DNA of 64,000 nucleotides from NCBI RefSeq assembly GCF_058153355.1, contig NZ_CM177019.1; one strand, 5' to 3'. Shown piece by piece: positions 63,734 to 64,000 of this stretch (position 1 is its first letter; each line of letters starts with the position of its first letter). The notes under the pieces were generated by a model. It saw only the letters and a program-made list of their open reading frames with translations, ran no database searches and was not told where the DNA came from. The position numbers and the translations under genes were made by a program.

Positions 63734-63783
63734 ATTCTACTTTGTGTAGTATTATAGTGTTGTTCTTGAAATGGAGTTAACGA

Positions 63784-64000
63784 TGAGTACGACACACAAA
63801 AACATCACAGAAAAGGCGGTTATGGCCATTGGCTCTCCATCTGCTGTAAGCCGCATGTTTGGTTTCAGATCGCCTCAATCCATTTTTAACTGGATTATTC
63901 GAAATAGAGTACCAAGCGAAAGGGTTATTAGGCTTTGTGAATTGGGAGGGTGGGTTGTTACTCCTCATGATCTTCGTCCTGATTTACATCCTACTCCAAT
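63784..64000 (+). CDS. Cro/YdaS-like DNA-binding protein (partial, runs off window)
   Basis: ATG at 63784; product MSTTHKNITEKAVMAIGSPSAVSRMFGF...VTPHDLRPDL resembles YdaS/Cro-like regulators. Confidence 0.5.

Larger units (their letters stand above)
53370..64000 (-). mobile_element. second lambdoid prophage (left arm), integrated beside sdsR/ryeA; continues beyond window
   Basis: Integrase and excisionase next to the junction, early genes on the minus strand, divergent repressor/cro-like pair at the window end. Confidence 0.75.

Overview
Enterobacterial chromosome (Escherichia/Shigella-like core) carrying two prophages and two IS110-family insertion sequences. All calls are made by eye from the sequence and from recalled protein families; no searches or computations were run. 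(1) 1..~22335: a defective lambdoid prophage. A lysis cassette (endolysin, nested Rz/Rz1) runs almost directly into a lambda-like tail module (FII-like, Z, U, V, G/T, H, M, L, K, I, J, lom, stf, tfa and a second fiber pair); terminase, portal and capsid genes are absent. The tape measure gene H has an in-frame TAG and J has a frameshift. Cargo at the right end is an ipaH-family E3 ubiquitin ligase with an upstream MxiE-box-like motif and a dinI-like gene with two LexA boxes. The right junction lies inside a truncated yecE. (2) 22427..53300: conserved core, yecD-aspS-nudB-yebC-ruvC-yebB-[low-GC two-gene islet]-ruvA-ruvB-[IS621-like element in a REP]-znuCB/znuA-mepM-lpxM-pykA-hexR-zwf-edd-eda-purT-yebG-yebF-yebE-ptrB-exoX-yobB-holE-copC-copD-yebY-sdsR/ryeA. 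(3) ~53370..64000: left arm of a second lambdoid prophage integrated beside the sdsR/ryeA small-RNA locus (integrase, excisionase, early genes, Rha-like protein, divergent repressor/cro-like pair), itself interrupted by a second IS110-family element. Best candidates for uncharacterised biology: an AT-rich, opposite-strand coiled-coil/zinc-ribbon gene at the sieB-like position of prophage 2 (61938..62384), the low-GC secreted-plus-membrane gene pair between yebB and ruvA, the 209-aa ORF upstream of the endolysin, and the non-coding ends of the two IS110-family elements.
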